Assembly: GCA_949287425.1 (NCBI GenBank)
Contig: CASEGJ010000003.1
Span: 8,993 to 72,992 of the forward strand
DNA: 64,000 bases
Direction of reading: 5' to 3'
Origin: an uncultured Bacillales bacterium
GTDB taxonomy: Bacteria > Bacillota_I > Bacilli_A > RFN20 > CAG-288
Position 1 is the first letter of the stretch; the number at the start of each line of letters is the position of its first letter. The notes beneath the pieces are model-generated. The model saw only the letters and a list, made by a program, of their open reading frames with translations. It had not been told where the DNA came from and ran no database searches. Made by a program: the position numbers and the translations under genes. Below, piece after piece: positions 61,886-64,000 of this stretch.

Positions 61886-63331
61886 TTAATTTATTTTAAA
61901 TTCATCTGCTATTTTGCCTTTAATTAGGAATTTATATATACCTGTAAACATAGTTGCTATCGATAAAAACCAAGCCATAGAATCCGCAAAACATAGTCCA
62001 ATATAAGAGGTATCGGAAATAGGATTGTTTGGATTAATTAGACTAGGTAAAAATTCGCATAATAAACATCTACCTATTAATTCAGCAATTCCTGAAAGAA
62101 GAGGATAGTAAGATTTACCTAAACCTTGCAAGATGTTTCTAATTACAAAAAGCATGGCGAGTAAAAAATACATGCTTGAATCAATAATCATATACATAGA
62201 GCCATAAAATTCTACTCTAGAATTAATTTTATCTTTTGAAAGGAAGAAATGAATATAAGCTCCATTAATTGAAGTTAGATTACCAATTAAAGCTAATACT
62301 ATATAAAGAACAAGAGCTATTTCAAAGGCAGCTTTAATACCTTGTTTTAATCTTTTTATATCTTTTGAACCATAATTTTGACCAGTATAGGAAACCATAG
62401 CGGTTCCTAACGCTGAAAGTGGACACATTAAAAAGTCATTAAATTTAACAGCGGCTCCATATCCATTAGTAGCATTTTGACCACCGTTAACATCGAATTT
62501 AACAACAGCTTTTTGTAAGATAATTAATCCGATAGCTAAGATAGAAAATTGCAATGCTAAAGGTAAACCAAGTTTCAGGTGAGTGATAACATCTTGTTTG
62601 TTTAATTTAAAATCAGATAATTTTATTCTTAAAAATTTATATCTGATAAAAGTATAAATAAAACAAGAAATAGCAGCTATAAATTGAGCGATAACAGTTG
62701 CAATCGCCGCTCCTTCTACTCCAGTTTGAAAAACTAATATAAATAAAAAATCCAAACCGATATTTAAAATAGTTGAAGCTATTAAAAATAACAAAGGAGT
62801 TAAAGAATCACCTATACTTCTTAAAATAGAAACAATTAAATTATAAAAAACTTGAGCTATTAATCCGATATAAATAATTATTATGTAACTATAGGCATAT
62901 TTATAGATGGGGTTTTGTTGATCGATGCCGATAAAATTTAAAAGTAAAGGTGTTAATAAGCAAGCTAAGATAGTTAAAATTATTGAAATGATAAAAGAGA
63001 GAACAATTTGAGTGGAAAACGATTTTCTTACACCTTCTAAATTATTTGCCCCCATTTTATTAGAGCTAGCAACTGAAAAGCCTGCAGTACAGCCAAACGC
63101 AAATTGGAGAACTATAAAAATTAAAGAATAGGTTACGTTTACACCAGCAACTTCACTTGAAGAAAGAGTGTTTCCAACAATAGCAGCATCAGAAATAGTA
63201 TAGATTTGTTGAAAAATTAGAGAAATAAATATCGGTAAAGTAAATATTGAGATTACTTTGATAGGTTTACCTTTAGTTAGATCGATAGGTTTAAATAGGT
63301 TAATAATAGAATTTTTAAGTTTAGTAAGCAT
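61886..63331 (-). CDS. MATE-family multidrug/oligosaccharidyl-lipid efflux transporter
   Basis: 481 aa, 12 TM; MATE-type repeated 6-TM halves. Confidence 0.8.
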   Translation of the reverse strand: MLTKLKNSIINLFKPIDLTKGKPIKVISIFTLPIFISLIFQQIYTISDAAIVGNTLSSSEVAGVNVTYSLIFIVLQFAFGCTAGFSVASSNKMGANNLEGVRKSFSTQIVLSFIISIILTILACLLTPLLLNFIGIDQQNPIYKYAYSYIIIIYIGLIAQVFYNLIVSILRSIGDSLTPLLFLIASTILNIGLDFLFILVFQTGVEGAAIATVIAQFIAAISCFIYTFIRYKFLRIKLSDFKLNKQDVITHLKLGLPLALQFSILAIGLIILQKAVVKFDVNGGQNATNGYGAAVKFNDFLMCPLSALGTAMVSYTGQNYGSKDIKRLKQGIKAAFEIALVLYIVLALIGNLTSINGAYIHFFLSKDKINSRVEFYGSMYMIIDSSMYFLLAMLFVIRNILQGLGKSYYPLLSGIAELIGRCLLCEFLPSLINPNNPISDTSYIGLCFADSMAWFLSIATMFTGIYKFLIKGKIADEFKIN

Positions 63332-63435
63332 AATAAATGTATCAATAAAAGTACGACATTTATTTTACTCTTCTTTAAAATAAGTGAACATAATATTTTG
63401 TAAACAAAATAAACAATTTACATTTTAATTAAAAT

Positions 63436-63549
63436 TTAAATACTTTTTAAAGAAGATAGTCTATTAAAAGTTATTTTATAATATCTTTCATCTTTTTCAA
63501 TTCCTATAATTTGTCTATTTAGTTTTTTTGCGACATAACAAGTTGTTCC
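63436..63549 (-). pseudogene. C-terminal remnant of a beta-class (PF01555-type) N6A/N4C DNA methyltransferase
   Basis: ...RRIGTTCYVAKKLNRQIIGIEKDERYYKITFNRL matches the C-terminal motif I block (FxGSGTTxxvAxxLxRxxIGIExxxxYxxxaxxRL). A stop lies 2 codons upstream of the apparent start, so the N-terminal 90% is missing. Confidence 0.35.
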
Positions 63550-64000
63550 AATTCTTCTTGCTAAAAGAGAAATTGAGATAAAGGTTACCGAAATTGGAAG
63601 AGAGAAGATTTTTAATTTTATCAATCCTAATTATTCAGCAAATGAATATTCTGACTTTATGGAGAAAACAGGCCTTTTCGATTTGATTTAAAATCACCTT
63701 ATAAATAACCTTGTCGATTACGTTATGGGCGTGGAAGTAGGGATGGACACGAATGCTAGGAAAAATAGAACAGGCGATGTAATGGGAAATATTGTTGAAT
63801 CCTATTTGGTTAAAGCTGGATTTAAAAAAGATGAGACTTATTTCAAGGAAATGTATAAAAGTGAAATTGAGCAAAAATTTGGATTAGATCTTTCTAGAAT
63901 TAGCAATAACGGTAAGACTGAGAAACGCTTTGATTTCGTATTTGTTAAAGGAAAACACGTTTATGCTTGCGAGTGTAATTTCTACGGCGGCGGTGGTTCC
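63539..64000 (+). pseudogene. DpnII/MboI-family (GATC) restriction endonuclease pseudogene, runs off window end
   Basis: VVPILLAKR...FMEKTGLFDLI-TAA-NHLINNLVDYVMGVEVGMDTNARKNRTGDVMGNIV...RFDFVFVKGKHVYACECNFYGGGGS. Two in-frame TAA stops (63536-38, 63689-91) in an otherwise open DpnII-like frame; the first ~70 codons are absent. Confidence 0.5.

Noticed and set aside
63436-63624. Treating the 62-aa minus-strand ORF as an intact small gene
   Set aside because: Only its last ~38 residues resemble an MTase C-terminus. A stop lies two codons upstream of its TTG start, and it overlaps the R-gene pseudogene frame. It is a fragment, not a gene.

Overview
Low-GC (roughly 27-30% by eye), UGA is used as a stop codon (Trp is always UGG; gyrA, gyrB and groEL are full length with no internal TGA). 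Lipoproteins carry Ser-rich linkers behind a lipobox Cys. Together these point to an Acholeplasma-like wall-less Firmicute rather than a Mycoplasma or Spiroplasma. The window spans the chromosomal origin. There is a cluster of DnaA boxes upstream of dnaA, followed by dnaA-dnaN-yaaA-recF-gyrB-gyrA. Further downstream lies an rpmH-rnpA-yidC-jag...mnmE block, with tatD-rnmV-rsmA-ispE-prs after it. Upstream of the origin are groES/groEL behind a CIRCE-like operator, rpiB, tsaC, ttcA, serS behind a T-box leader, an aguA-aguB-psuG operon, gpmA, maa, rsmE, an SPFH/NfeD pair, a fused MacB-like ABC transporter, pepT and an FGGY sugar kinase. Accessory content includes several lipoprotein and small membrane-protein paralog families, a CE8 pectinesterase lipoprotein, a GH28 polygalacturonase, an IS3 OrfA remnant, three tRNAs (2x CAU, Ala-GGC), a MATE transporter, and a decayed DpnII-like restriction-modification locus at the right edge. 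The most unusual signal is an ORF-free ~700 bp stretch (14040-14730). On the minus strand it has the architecture of a stand-alone ~380-nt structured RNA: a sigma70-like promoter, a 12-bp perfect terminal helix, a purine-rich interior with repeated AAGUAG motifs, and an intrinsic terminator. It sits just upstream of the hyp-psuG-aguA-aguB operon. It lacks the signature motifs of RNase P RNA, tmRNA and SRP RNA. Other points of interest are a poly(A)7 frameshift in a membrane-protein gene, an (AT)7 repeat in a lipoprotein promoter region, a giant protein with a degenerate SF1-helicase core, and a 2.7-kb island of orphan membrane proteins inserted between jag and mnmE.
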